Origin: Felis catus
Taxonomy: Eukaryota
Direction: 5' to 3'
Assembly: GCF_018350175.1 (NCBI RefSeq)
Contig: NC_058368.1
Location: forward strand, 53,384,001 to 53,448,000
Length of the DNA stretch: 64,000 bases
A model generated the notes under the pieces. That model was not told the origin of the DNA and searched no databases. It saw only the letters and a list, made by a program, of their open reading frames with translations. How positions within the stretch are numbered: position 1 is the first letter of the stretch; each line of letters starts with the position of its first letter. Positions 12,793 through 25,969 of the stretch are shown piece after piece. The translations under genes and the position numbers were made by a program.

Positions 12793-12955
12793 ACTGGAAA
12801 CACCTTTACCTTCCACTACATGAGGTATTCTCAATTTTTCAGCAACCAGAATTGAACACATGAAACAAGAAGCACAAGTAGTTTAAGAGAGTAATATCGG
12901 TCAGAACAAACAAGAGAAAAATGAAACTGATAAAAAAGAGGGATGAAAACCTGAA

Positions 12956-13230
12956 TTTTTTTTTGTTTTATTAAAAACAATTTTTTAAATGTTTATTTAT
13001 CTTTGAGAGAGACAGAGACAGAGTGGGTTAGGGGCAGAGAGAGGGAGACACAGTATCAGAAGCAGGCTCCAGGCTCCGAGCTATCAGCACAGTGCCCCAC
13101 ACAGGGCTTGAACTCACAAGCTGTGAGCTATCAGCACAGTGCCCCACACAGGGCTTGAACTCACAAGCTGTGAGATCATGACCTGAGCTGAAATCGGATG
13201 CGCAACCGACTGAGCCACCCGGGCTCCCCC
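12956..13230 (-). mobile_element. Can-SINE with internal 47-bp tandem duplication
   Basis: antisense SINE; 13078-13124 identical to 13125-13171; TSD cctgaatt(t/g)ttttt. Confidence 0.95.
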
Positions 13231-13942
13231 TGAATTGTTTTTTCTAAAAGGCATCCTTAAAGAGATTTCAGTTCAACCCCTCTCAAAATTAAAGAATTTA
13301 GTAGATAAAGAGAAGGATAAGATGGTCACCACTGAGACATTAATCAATGATCTGGAAGATAAAAATAGAAATCATAAAAAGAGAAGAGGTAACTTGTAAT
13401 TTTGCAAAGCACATCGTAGTTTAGTACATCATTGATTGCGCTGCCATGACAAAAAACTATACATACTCAGAATTGTCATGTAAATTATTTTTTAGCTATG
13501 CAAATATTTTATATTCCTCTTAGATTCAAAATATGCATATGATATTTTTAATCTATTAAACATTAATATACTAACACAACAGTAACATTTATGTTCACTG
13601 TAGTTTGAAAGCCATAATAAATTAAAAAGCTAAAATACTCCTTCGTGTATATATTGTGCATGTAGAGATTTTTTGTTGTACAATCCACTTATGTGGTACC
13701 ATATTTAAAGATGTATTAAGAGGAACAGGGAGATATTGAATAAAACTTTAACATTTATATTGAAATGCTCATCTTACTTGCTAATATTAGTGGTATATTA
13801 GCAGAACTTAACGTATATAAGATTATGGAAAACACACAGTTTAAAACTACTCTCTTTAATATTGGCAAATGAATTAATGGCATTAACCATGTGCTAGTCT
13901 GTTTCTAAATAAAACCAAAATACACTCTGATATGCTACTACA

Positions 13943-13961
13943 GAGCCGGCAGAGGGAGCTC
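13943..13961 (+). promoter_or_regulatory. candidate CTCF binding site
   Basis: gagccggcagagggagctc resembles the CTCF core CCRSYAGRKGGCRS; motif match only. Confidence 0.4.
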
Positions 13962-14334
13962 AAACATTTTTGCTATGTTTTTTAACTTACTATTGAAAAT
14001 ATTTTCTCTTTTAAAAGGTGTTAGATTCTGAAAAATATGTAGTTATCATTTAAATAATAAAATGTGTTCATAAAAAGTCAGTTAAAAATATATTCACATA
14101 GAAGACATCAATATCACTTAGTTTATTTAGAAATGTCAGGCAATTGAAATTACATTCTTTCCATTTACTTTTTCCAATAGCCTGCACTTGCAAAAAATTT
14201 TTCTAACCAAGAATTCTGGTTCTGGTAAGGTGGACGAAACTAAAATGGAAACTTTCCAGCTATAAACATTAAACATGGTAGATAAAATATGACACATTTT
14301 AAGTTTAATTCTTGTATATGTAATAAAACAGGAA

Positions 14335-15422
14335 CATATTCCCATTCACTCATTTCTCAGCTCCTCCACATACATAAACACCATTCGTTATTATTTTTGT
14401 AAGTATCCTTCCAAAATTTATTTATGAATACACAGACACATATGAATATAAAGTCTCATTCTAATGCACTTTTTCCTATACAATAAGTAGCATTTCATAC
14501 ACCCTATTCTGTATCTTGGTTTTATCACTAATATATCTTGGAAACCTTTCCATAGTCTACAATTGAGAACTTAATCATTATTTAAAACATTTGTATAGTG
14601 GATAGCAAGCGTTTTATGAATATATCACAATTTATTTACATGTTCCCATTTGGTGGGACATTTTGAGTTGGTTCTGATATTTTTCTATTGCAAATAATTA
14701 TTCAGTAATAACCTTATATACATGTACCAAGTTGTATATGTAAAGAGTATACCTGAAGGATAAAATCCCAAAAATGGGATTGCTAGGTAAAAGGACATAT
14801 GAGTTTATAATATTGATGGATATTGCCAAGTTACCATATATGAAGATTTTTATCAATTTATATTCTCTCAGGACCAGCGTACCTATTTCATAACAATATT
14901 TGTCAACTGAATGTTATCAAACTTCTGAATTTTGCCAATCTGATAGATGACATGTATCTAGGTATAATGTACATTTCTCTTATTATGAGTGACTAGAACA
15001 TCAGTGCCAGAGCCATTTGTATTTCTTTTTCATGACCTTACTGTTCGTAATCTTTTGCTCATTTTTCTGTTGGTTTGTTCGTCCTTATTACATTGCATTC
15101 TCTTCTTATTAGGGCAATTAGCCCTTTGTGATATATGTTGCCACTTTGTTGTCTTTTGACTTATGGTATATATTTAGCATGCAGAAATTTCCATATTTAC
15201 ATAGTCAAATTTATCAATCTTGTTTACAGCCTTTTAGATTTTGAGTCACAATTAGAAAATCCATCCCCACTCCCAGGTTATAAAGAATTCTCTCATGTTT
15301 TCTTCCAATAATTTTATGGGTTTTTTTTTAAATCGATTTTTGGATTTGGACTGTATTCTGAAGTACAATGTGAATTATGGAACCAACTTCATTTTTCCAG
15401 ATGGGTAGCAAAATGTTCCAAG
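14335..15422 (-). mobile_element. old L1M (L1MC/ME-like) 3' region
   Basis: aaaatgggattgctagg, ttgccaatctgatag, atttacatagtcaaatttatcaatc. Confidence 0.75.
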
Positions 15423-17226
15423 ACTGCCAATAGAGTATAACATCCTAATGACTTCACCAAAAAATCATGGCAACTAATAAATGAATTCAGTAAATTTGCA
15501 GGATACAAAATCAACATACAAATATTAGTTGCATTTCTATACACAACAAAAAGAAACAAAACAGTCCCATCTGCAATAGTATCAAAAATAATAAAATACT
15601 TAGGAAAAATTTAACCAAGGTAGGTAAAGATCTATACACTGAAAACTATAAGAAAAAAATTGAAGAAGACACAAACAAATGGAACAATGTTCCAGTTTTA
15701 TGAATTGGAAAAGTTAATATTGTTAAAATTATTGTTAAAATACTACCCTAAGCTATCTACAGAGCCAGTGCAATCCTTATAAAAATTCCAATGGCATTTT
15801 TCACATAAATAGAAAAGGTAAGCCTAAAATTAGTATGGAATCACAAAAGACCCCAAGTAGCCAAAACAATATTGAGAAAAAACAAAGCTGGAGGCATTAC
15901 ACTTCCTGATTTCAAATTCTGTTACAAACTTATAGTAATCAAAACAGCATGGTACTGACATAAAATCAGACATACAGACCAATGAAACAATTAAGAACCC
16001 AGAAATAAACCCATGCATATATGATCAAATAATATTTGACAAGGGGACCAAGAATCAATGAGAAAATGATAGTCTCTTCAATAAATGGTATTGGGAAAGC
16101 ATGCAAAACAATGAATGAAATTGGACCCCCATCTTAAACCACTCACAAAAACTAAACTGAAATAGATTAAGGACTTAAGGTCTATAAGACCTGAAACTGT
16201 AAAACCCCTACAAGAAAACTTAGGGGAAAAGATCTTGACATTGGTCTTGTGAAAGGTTTTTTGGATATGACACCAAAAGTGAAAGCAACAAAAACAAAAA
16301 TCAACAAGTGAGATTACATCAAACTAAAAGCTTTTGCTAGCAAAAGAAATGATCAGTGAAATGAAAAGGCAACCTATTTGCCTGTATGCAAATCATTATT
16401 TGATAAGGGGTTAATAGCCAAAATATATAAGAAACTCATACAGCTCAATAGCAAAAAATACCAAATAATCTCATTAAAAAACGAGCAGAGATTTGAATAG
16501 ACATTTTTCCAAAGAAGACATACAGATGGCCAACAGCACATGAAAATATGTTCATTGTCACAAATCTTAAGGAAATGCAAATCAAAATCACAGTGAGATA
16601 CTACATCACACCTGGTAGAATGGCTATTATCAAAAAGACAAAAAGTAACAAGTGTTGGTAAGGATATGGATAAAAGGGAACCTTTGTGCACAGTTGATGG
16701 GAATGTAAATTGATGCAGCTTCTATGGAAAACATATAGGTTTCTCAAAAGACTAAAATTAGCACTACCATATGATGCAACAATTCTTCTAAATATTCATT
16801 CAAAGAAAATGAAAACACTGATTTGAATAGATACGCATTCCCATGTTTATGGCAACATTATATGCAATAGCCAAGACATTGCAACAGCTTAAGTGCCCAC
16901 TGACAGATGAATGGATTAAAAAAAGGTACACACACACACACATACACACACACACAAACTGGAATATTATTCCACCGTAAAAAACAATGACTTCTTGCCA
17001 TTTGCAACAACATGGATGGACCTTGAGGGCATTATGCTAAGTGAAATTGGTCAGACAGAGAAAGACAAATACCCTATAATTTCACTTAGATGTGGAATCT
17101 TAAAAAAACAAAAAAATAGACAAGCTCATAGATACAGAGAACATATGGGTGGTTGCCAAAGAACATATTGGTGGGTCGGGGGGTGGAGGCATGATGGGTT
17201 AACTGGGTCAAAAAGTACAAACTTCT

Positions 17227-17394
17227 GGGGACACCTGAGTGGCTCAGTCAGTTGAGTGTCCAACTCTTGATTTCACATCTGGTCATGATCTCACAGTTTG
17301 TGAGATGGAGCCCCATTTGGGGTTCTGTGCTGACAGTGCGGAGCCTGCTTGGGATTCTGCCTCTTTCTCTGGCCCTCCCCCACTCACGATCTCT

Positions 17395-17456
<62 letters not shown>

Positions 17457-17470
17457 AATAAACATTAAAA
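17227..17470 (+). mobile_element. Can-SINE nested in L1
   Basis: long (CT)n; TSD aaaagta(c/t)aaactt. Confidence 0.95.
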
Positions 17471-17602
17471 AAGTATAAACTTACAGTTACAAAGTAAATA
17501 AGTCATGGGGATATAATGTACAGCATAGTGAATATAGTTAATAACATTGTATTGCACATTTGAGAGTTGCTAAGTAAGTGGATCTTTAAAGTTCTCATCA
17601 AA

Positions 17603-17760
17603 GAGGCACCTAAGTGGCTCAGTCAGTTAAGTGTCTGACTCTTGATCTCAGCTCAGGTCTTGATCTCAGTGTTGTGAGTTTAAGCCCTGTGTTAGGTTAC
17701 ATGCTGAGCATGGAGCCTACTTTAAAAAAGGAAAAACTTAATTAAAAAATCTTTTATATA
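17603..17760 (+). mobile_element. short Can-SINE nested in L1
   Basis: head through ggagcctact then A tail; TSD aaagttctcatcaaa. Confidence 0.9.
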
Positions 17761-17917
17761 AAGTTCTCATCAAAAGGAAAAAATTTTAACTATATGTTAT
17801 GACAGATTTGTAGACTTATTGTGGTGATCATTTCACATTATATACAAATATTGAACCATTTTATTGTACACCTGAAACTAATATGTTATATGTCAGTCAT
17901 ACTTCAATTTATAAAAT

Positions 17918-18800
17918 ATCTGTTGACTATATTTATGTAGGTCTATGTCTGGGCTTTCTGTTCTGTTCTATTGGTCCATTTGTCTCTTTTTGACCAGTAC
18001 CACACTGTCTTGATTACTGTAGCTTTATAGTAAATCTTTCAGTTCTTCAACTTTGTTCTTTTCTTTCAATGTTTAGTTGGTTATTCTGGGGCTTTTCCCA
18101 TATAAATTTTAGAATCCATAAAATAACTTGCTGGCATTTTGTTTGGGATTATACTATACCTATAGATCAAATTGGGAAGAACTGACATCTTGATGCTACT
18201 GAGTCTTGCTGTCTATGAACATTGAATATCTCTCCATTTAGATCATCTTCATAAAATCTTTCTTCATTGTTTGGAATTTCCTCATACAGCTCTTGTACAT
18301 ATTTCATTAGATTTATACATAGGTTTTTCTGGGGGGTGTGCTGCTAATTTAATGTGGTAAATGTATTTTTAATTTCAAATTCCACTTGTTCATGGCTGGT
18401 ATATAGGAAAGCAGTTGATTTTATATCAACCTTGTATCCTTCAACCTTTCTATAGTTGCTTATTAGTTCCAGGAGGGTTTTTTTGTCAATTTGCGGGGGG
18501 GGGGGGGTTCTACATAGACAATCATGTCATCGATGAACAGAAACAGTTTTATTTCTTCCTTCCCAATCTGTACAACTTTCATTTCGTTTTCTTGGCTTAT
18601 TGTATTAGCTAGGACTTATAGTATGATGTTGAAAAGCAATGATGCCAGAGACATCCTTGCCTTGTACCTGATCTTAGCAGGAAAACTTCAAGTTTTTCAC
18701 TATTAAGTATGACATTCACTCTCAGGTTTTTGTAGATGTGATTTATCAAATTGAAAAAGTTCTGCTTCTATTCCTAGTTGGCTAAGAGTTGTGTTTTGTT
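17918..18800 (-). mobile_element. old L1M ORF2 region
   Basis: cacactgtcttgattactgtagctttatag, acaatcatgtcatc antisense L1 motifs. Confidence 0.85.
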
Positions 18801-18909
18801 TTGTTGTTGTTTAAGGTAGTTAACATCACTGAACTCACAGGATCTTTCCTATGGAGGGCAACAGCTGCAATCTCTATTCAGCTCTTTTGGCCTTATCTAG
18901 GTTACTTTA

Positions 18910-18975
18910 TGTTTTTATTTTTTATTTTCTTTTTATTTTAGAAAGAGAGAGAAAGCATCAGCAGGGGAGAGGGAC

Positions 18976-19045
<70 letters not shown>

Positions 19046-19175
19046 CGAGCATCTCAGACAGGCTCCATGCTCAGCACAGAGCCCGATACAGGGTTTGATC
19101 CTAGGACTCTGGGATCATGACCTGAGCTGAAATCAAGAGTTGGCTGCTCAACCAACTGAGCCACCCAAGTGCCCC
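18910..19175 (-). mobile_element. Can-SINE
   Basis: (GA)n and antisense head. Confidence 0.95.
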
Positions 19176-19944
19176 TGCGTTGCATTAAATATACCCTGAA
19201 CAGCTAGAGCTTAGGCTTCAACTAAAATATGAGCAGAGTATTTGGAACTCTGGACCTCTCTTATATGAAATCTTCCTTTTTTCTTTCCAGCTATAGTTGT
19301 CATCCCAAACTCTATGCTTTGTTTATTTCTTGAAGCCAAAATGTGGGTTTCTCTCCAAAATTTAGCTCCTTCACTGGAGCCTGCCCTCAAGATAGAAATT
19401 ATATATACATATCTAAACCTGTAGCCACTTACTTCAAGTGTTGCCCTCCCTCCAGTTTCTGCCTGATTTTGGTTACTCTCCAGTTCATTTAGGTAGTTGT
19501 TTTCTAAGGAATTTTTAAAATTATGATGTATTTGAATGATTAGTGTCAGTGCAGAGAATTGGGTCTAGTGAACAAAGGTTGGATCCAAGAAATTCCACAT
19601 AATAAACTGATGATGGTCTGAAATGGAATAATGAGCATAAGAATAGAGAAGGCAAAAAATTAGGATCATCTACAAGCTCATATTAAGAGTATCATAACTC
19701 TGAACTGCCACATTTGACCAATCTAAAATTTTCTCTATCGTGTAGAGAGAATTAAAAAAAGAATTGAGGTAGTAGCAATCAGAATTATTGTTACAAAAAA
19801 TTCATAAATGAGGTAAAAGTAAAAGAAATTAGTGATAGGTTGAAGCAAAAATATTTGTTCCATTTCTCCTTAGTTTCCACTACAGGAAATAAATCCAAGC
19901 ATTTCATGGAGTACCATTGATAGTTGACTGCAGAGATGTATCAT

Positions 19945-20628
19945 ATTACATAAGAATTTTGACAACTACTAGCAATAAACCTGACTACTATGACTTAAAC
20001 ACCTTAGTGTTTATTGTTTTACATAAAAGAAGTTCAATTGTGGGCTTTCCATACCAGATGGAGTTCCACAAAGACAACAGGAATCCAGGACTTTCTGTAT
20101 GTCTACAGTGCGTTTCTTGATTCATGGCTCCTATCCTCAGTGTCACAAGATGGCAGCAGGAATTGTAACCATCATATGTCCATGCATATGTCTCTATGCA
20201 AGCATACCCCATCTAGATGTTCAAATAAGCATTAGGAAGTCACTTTCTTTATCTGTCACCTGTGTTTTTATCTGGAATGGAAATAGGCTTTGACATATTC
20301 TTCCCTTCTGGTGGCAAGATAACTACTAGAAATAATGATCTTACATGCTCCCAGTTTAGTAATCTCAGTGGAAAGAGATCACCTGTTTCTTCATTTTAGA
20401 AAGAGTCATAAGAGGGACTCATGGTCCTTGGTATCATGTGCCTAATCCTATAATCATTGTAGATAAGAGTATGTGCTGTTCCGATTGGTCAGATCTGTGC
20501 TGTGGACCTCATCCTCCCAGGTCAGTCCCAGCTAAACCATATGAACTGAGTTGAAGGAGATATGTCTTTCCAAATTAACCTCAATGCTAGAGAAAAGATG
20601 AATGGATGCCAGGCAGACAAAAATAACA
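19945..20628 (-). mobile_element. old MLT1 (J/K-like) LTR remnants
   Basis: cacaagatggcagcagg, gattggtcagatctg, gaatggatgccaggcagacaaaaataaca. Confidence 0.55.
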
Positions 20629-21419
20629 GGCCTGGTGCAGAGGGTAATAACTTTGAAGAAAAAGTTTAATTCAGGTATTTTCAGTCCAGAAATGAAAAGA
20701 CAAAATAGGCAAAATACTGGTGACCTATGAATCCCTTGCATGATTCCTATTCTCTCAAAATTATTCAGTAACAATGTCCACAAGGAGAAAGTATGCTCTT
20801 GGCCAGCGCTGGTAATACTTTGAGAATTATGAAAAGCTTTTGTAGTTCTAAAACAACTACCAATACACCAAGAAGAAGTTTTTCATAAGTATGCTATTTA
20901 TAGGGATATTTATTTGTGGTAACTCTTTAAATACCTAAATCAAAGAGATTTAAAGTGATGCACAATCATAAGTTAATCCTTTCAACACTCTGTATTGTAC
21001 AAGATTATAAGGAGAATGGGGCTCAAAGCAGTGATGTGGTTTTTTTCCAAGGTCACGAATTGAATTAGTAGCTAACCAAAGTTGCAGACTCCCAAAATAT
21101 GACTCATTCTGCTCCACATTTCTATACCTTATTTTAGTTTATCATGATGATTGTTCCTTTTTAGCATTTTTTTTTGTAGGTGAATGGCAGAAAATGAAAA
21201 TGACCATATGTTTGAAGCTCAGCATCATCTGCCCTAGGGAAATAATAAACAAAACAGGAGAGCACAAATACTCAAACGAAAGAAGCAAATAGGGCACAGC
21301 CAAAAAATCTACGGAGAAAAATTGCCAGTACCTAAAAATAACCAATAGTGGTGTGTAAATTGAGGTATTAAAACTTTCAGTATTTGCCATGACAGTGAGT
21401 ACATGTAGAGCTGGCTGTC

Positions 21420-21573
21420 TTTTGTTTTAACATAATGTCATACTTACAGAAAAATTTCAAAAGTAGTACAAAGAGTTCCAGAAAACCCTAAACTCAGATT
21501 CCCCAAATGTTAACTTTTATTGTCTCATAAGCTTCTTCTTCATTCTCTCTTTCTACACGTGAATGTGCACATG

Positions 21574-21616
<43 letters not shown>

Positions 21617-22400
21617 TTGCGCTTCTGAATCATTTAAGAGTAAGTTACAGATACAATACTTCTTTCCTGCTATATACTTCAATGTGTATTTTCTAAAACT
21701 AAGAACGTTTTCTTATATGACCACAGCACATTTTCAAAATTGGGAAGTTAATACTGATACAACACTATTACCTACTATACAGCCTTTATTCAGCTCTTAC
21801 TAATAGATCAGTAGTAGCAATTACAGCAAAAGGAATTTAAGATCATGCATTACATTCAGTTGTCGTATCTCTTTACTTTCCTTGAATATGGAAGTCCTGA
21901 GACTTTCTTTGTATTTCATGAAGCTGACATCTTTATTTATTTTTTTTTTTTTAATTTTTTTTTCAACGTTTATTTTTGGGACAGAGAGAGACAGAGCATG
22001 AACAGGGGAGGGGCAGAGAGAGAGGGAGACACAGAATCGGAAATGAAGCTGACATCTTTAAAGAGTACAGGACAATTATTTTGTAGAGTGTCCTTCAAAT
22101 TAGGTTTTGTCTGATGTTTTCTTGTTATTAGATTCAAGTTATGCAGGAATATCACAGAAAGGATGCTCTGTTCTTTACAGTGCACATCAGAAGGCATATA
22201 CTGTTCATTTGTCTCACTACTTGTGCTTAACCTTGATCGTTTGACTAAAGGGGTATCTGTCATGTGTCTCCACTCTGACATTATTATGCTACCTCTTATA
22301 ATTAATAAATGACTGTTGGAAAGATACTCTGAGATTCTGTAACTATCCTGTCACTCCTCAGACATTTACACACTAGTTTTGGCATCCATTGATGACTACT
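21420..22400 (-). mobile_element. L1MC-like 3' UTR containing a (CA)n tract and a truncated SINE
   Basis: cagattccccaaatgttaac, ttattttgtagagtgtccttcaaattagg, cagtgcacatcagaaggcata. Confidence 0.75.
21936..22042 (-). mobile_element. 5'-truncated young SINEC_Fc
   Basis: perfect 18-bp TSD atgaagctgacatcttta at 21918-21935 and 22043-22060. Confidence 0.95.
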
Positions 22401-22430
22401 ACCTACTACTAACTAAAATAAGAATTTTTG

Positions 22431-22655
22431 GGGGCACCTGGATGGCTCAGTCGGTTAAGCGTCCGACTTCGGCTCAGGTCATGATCTCACGGTCCGTGAG
22501 TTCGAGCCCTGCGTCGGGCTCTGTGCTGACAGCTCAGAGCCTGGAGCCTGTTTCAGATTCTGTGTCTCCCTCTCTCTCTGCCCCTCCCCTGTTCACGCTC
22601 TGTCTCTCTCTGTCTCAAAAATAAATAAACGTTAAAAAATTTTTTTAAAAAAAAA
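22431..22655 (+). mobile_element. Can-SINE (CpG-rich)
   Basis: full length; TSD aagaattttt. Confidence 0.95.
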
Positions 22656-22659
22656 AGAA

Positions 22660-22859
22660 TTTTTTAAAATGTTTATTTATTTATTTTAAGAGAAAGTGCC
22701 AGCGGGGGAGGGGCGGAGGGAGAGGGAGACAGAGAATCTTAAGCAGTCTCCACACTCAGTGCAAAGCCCAACACAGGGCTTGATCCCATAACCGTGAGAT
22801 CATGATCCCCTGGCCAAAATCAAGAGTTGGACACTCAACTGAGCCACCCAAGTGCCCCT
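22660..22859 (-). mobile_element. Can-SINE
   Basis: antisense copy, tail-to-tail with the preceding SINE. Confidence 0.9.
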
Positions 22860-22985
22860 AGAATGAGTATTTTTCAATTAAACTTGTTTCCAAAATGTAT
22901 ACCACTCATGCCATGCTAAGCATTAGCATAATCATGGGACTTTTATTATAGATGAATTACTATAAGCTAAAAAACATGATAATCA

Positions 22986-23165
22986 GGGGCTCTTGGGTGG
23001 CACAGTTGGTTAAATATTGGACCCTTGACTTTGGCTCAGGTCATCATCTCACAGTTTATGGGATAGAGCCCCACGTTGGGCTCTGCACTAACCAAGCCCT
23101 CTCCGTCTCTCTCTACCCCTCTCCCTGCTTGCTCGCTCTCTCTCAAAATAAATAAATAAAAAATA
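22986..23165 (+). mobile_element. Can-SINE
   Basis: head, core and tail present. Confidence 0.9.
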
Positions 23166-23176
23166 AAAAGCATGAT

Positions 23177-23412
23177 CGGGGCGCCTGGGTGGCTTAGTCG
23201 GTTAAGTGTCCGACTTCTGCTCAGATCATGATCTCGTGGTTCGTGAGTTTGAGCCCCGTGTCGGGCTCTGTGCTGACAGCTCAGAGCCTGGAGCCTGTTT
23301 CAGATTCTGTGTCTCCCTCTCTCTCTGACCCTCCCCCGTTCGTGCTGTGTCTCTCTCGGTCTCAAAAATAAATAAACGTTAAAAAAAAATTAAAAATAAA
23401 TAAATAAATAAA
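23177..23412 (+). mobile_element. Can-SINE (CpG-rich)
   Basis: full length; TSD agcatgat. Confidence 0.95.
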
Positions 23413-23772
23413 TAGCATGATAACCAATGATAAGGTTATGGGATACATTTTCAATATGCCTAAAAATGAACTAAGGACTGTTAATAGGCACCGGTGATTT
23501 TATTGGGGGGGATGTTAGTGTTCTAAAACTGACTCATGGTGGATGGTTGCACCACTCAATAATGTTACTGAGTCACTGAATTGTACACCTGAAATAAGTG
23601 GATTTTATAATATGTAAAACATATTTCACTAAAGGCATAAAGGTATAAATATAGGAAAAATGTATGAGTTAAAGAAATAATTAACTGATTTGAGTCAGAA
23701 CTCAGAAACAAAGACCAGTGAAAGCAACTTTTAAATGTCATGATTTATATAAATAAGAAATAACTTCTAACT

Positions 23773-24741
23773 CAAGGGTTCTTAACCTTTTCTTATATCA
23801 TAGGCCCTTTTGGCAGTCTGGTAAAGCCTGTGGATTCCTATTAAGAATATTTTTTTGAATACATAAAATATATAGGATTACCAAAAAAGTAACTATATTG
23901 ACAACATTATAAAATATTATTTTTCTGGGGCACCAGTTTGCCTCAGTCAGGATAGCACGTGACTCTTCATCTCAGGGCCATGAGTTTGAACCCCACACTG
24001 GACATGGAGCCTACTTTAAAAAAATTATGTTTGTAATGTAACAATATATGAATTTTTAAAAATATGCTACATAACAACAGATTTCAAATATAGGCAAATC
24101 AAAGTTAAATTGTATTTTTATAACACTTATCCATGTGAAGGCCATTGTTACTTAATATGAATAAGAACGATAAATTTTCTTTGACAGGGCAATGTGTATG
24201 TCATGTAAAATATCCGATTGATTTCCAGTTTGGGGTCTTTTTGGTTACAAGTGTTGCCAATCCAGATTATCAAAAATATATTATCATAAATTTAATTAGT
24301 TTCCAGAGGTTGCTTAACAAGAAGTGGATAGGTTCCCCCAAGGAATATCAAAATTCTTTGAAGCTGTTGAGTTAAAGTTCTATTATGAGGTTATATAGCT
24401 TCAATAGGTGAAGGCCCAGATTAGTACTCCAGTGCAAGAGTGTCCATGGACAGGGAGGCTGTAAGCTAATACCATAGTACTTTTGAGGAGTGATTAGCAT
24501 AAATAATATTTTATTATGTCTATAACAACTTCACTGTGGTCTGAAAGTATCTGTGGATTCTAATGGTGACAAGGTCACAGGGACCAAGATTTCTGCCAAC
24601 ATTCATGTTTGAAGGACTCTCTAAATTTCAGTTAAATGTTACTGAAAATAAATTTTGTTTTTACCCATCAAGTTCAAATACCCTCTGAATTCTATCCATG
24701 GACCTTTTGGGTACCCAAGGAGTTCAGATTAAGAACTCCTG
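23773..24741 (+). mobile_element. MER119/Charlie7-like hAT transposon with nested short SINE
   Basis: TIRs caagggttcttaac / attaagaactcctg; tttggcagtctggtaaagcctgtgga near 5' end, tctatccatggacc near 3' end. Confidence 0.75.
23927..24023 (+). mobile_element. short Can-SINE
   Basis: ggggcacc head through ggagcctactttaaaaaa. Confidence 0.85.
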
Positions 24742-24908
24742 ATATAAACAGATAGATAAATTGAACAGAATTCATAAACTCTCACATTTTGGTTATTTGG
24801 TACAGGGTTCCTAAAGACAATGTAAATACATCTTTAAGCCAGGCTGTTTTAAGAGAAAAGTCAAATTCCCTAGGTTTCATCTGTGCCAAGTTTAAAGACT
24901 TGAAAATA

Positions 24909-25077
24909 GGGGCACCTGGGTGGCTCAGTCAGTTGAGCGTGCAACTTTGACTCAGGTCATGATCTCACGGTTTGTGAGTTCGAGCCCCGCGTCAGGCTCT
25001 GTGCTGACAGCTCAGAGCCTGGAGCCTGCTTCCGATTCTGTGTCTCCCTCTCTCTCTCTGTCCCTCCCCCACTCATG

Positions 25078-25137
<60 letters not shown>

Positions 25138-25170
25138 AATAAATAAACATTCAAAAAAATTTTAAAAAAA
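24909..25170 (+). mobile_element. Can-SINE
   Basis: long (CT)n; TSD acttgaaaatag. Confidence 0.95.
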
Positions 25171-25655
25171 GCACTTGAAAATAGAGTCCTAATTCTCAGT
25201 TTCTTTCAAGTTCTTCCTCATAGAACATGGTCAAATGACTTAGTGCTGTTAAGCAAACAAACAAACAAAACAAAACCAAAAAAACAACTCCAATGATGAG
25301 ACATCTCTTTCTGCTCTTTCATTACTAGGCATTCTTGCAGCTTTGGTTTTTTCTGCCTCATCACTTGTGACGAGAAGAAATTGATCTGTTTCTTATTCTT
25401 ATTTCCAATTTAGGGCTACCTTTTTAATTTTTTCATTCTCATCTATATTTAGATGTTGGATTCTTTTTTTAGTTGTTGAATTCTTTTTAAATTCATTGCA
25501 AGTGGGAGAAGTCCAGTTACTGTTCTCAAGCAATTAGTTCTTTCCTATTACAAAACTCAATTTAGTCCCAAACTCTATTATCTGCTTCTTTAGTTCTCTG
25601 AAAGAAAAATACTAGAGATGAAGTTTCTGCAACCTATATACTAATCAAAAGAATT

Positions 25656-25792
25656 AGACACAGAATCTGAAGCAGACTCCAGACTATGAGCTGTCAGCAC
25701 AGAACTTGACAGGGGGCTTGAACTCATGAACTACGAGATCATAACCTGAGCTGAAGTTGGCTGCTTAACCGACTGAGTCACCCAGGCACCCC
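25656..25792 (-). mobile_element. Can-SINE lacking its 3' tail
   Basis: antisense head and core; (CT)n and A tail absent. Confidence 0.85.
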
Positions 25793-25969
25793 TGTTTAAT
25801 CTTTAATCTACGTTGTGCCAAATCAGGTACTCCTAAAACTATGTCTCTGAGCCTCAGTGCTGGTTATGTAGAAAATGAGTGGTCATGTTCTATCTAATCT
25901 GTAAAGTACATTCTACCTCTAAACACTTAATAAGTCATGACCATATCTTACACAGTCATCAACTGGACT

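Larger units (their letters stand above)
15445..17917 (+). mobile_element. carnivore L1 (L1MA9/L1_Carn-like), 3' ORF2 plus 3' UTR, carrying two nested SINEs
   Basis: decayed ORF2p (MPFATTWMDLEGIMLSEI); 3' UTR ttgtacacctgaaactaatatgttatatgtc. Confidence 0.9.
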
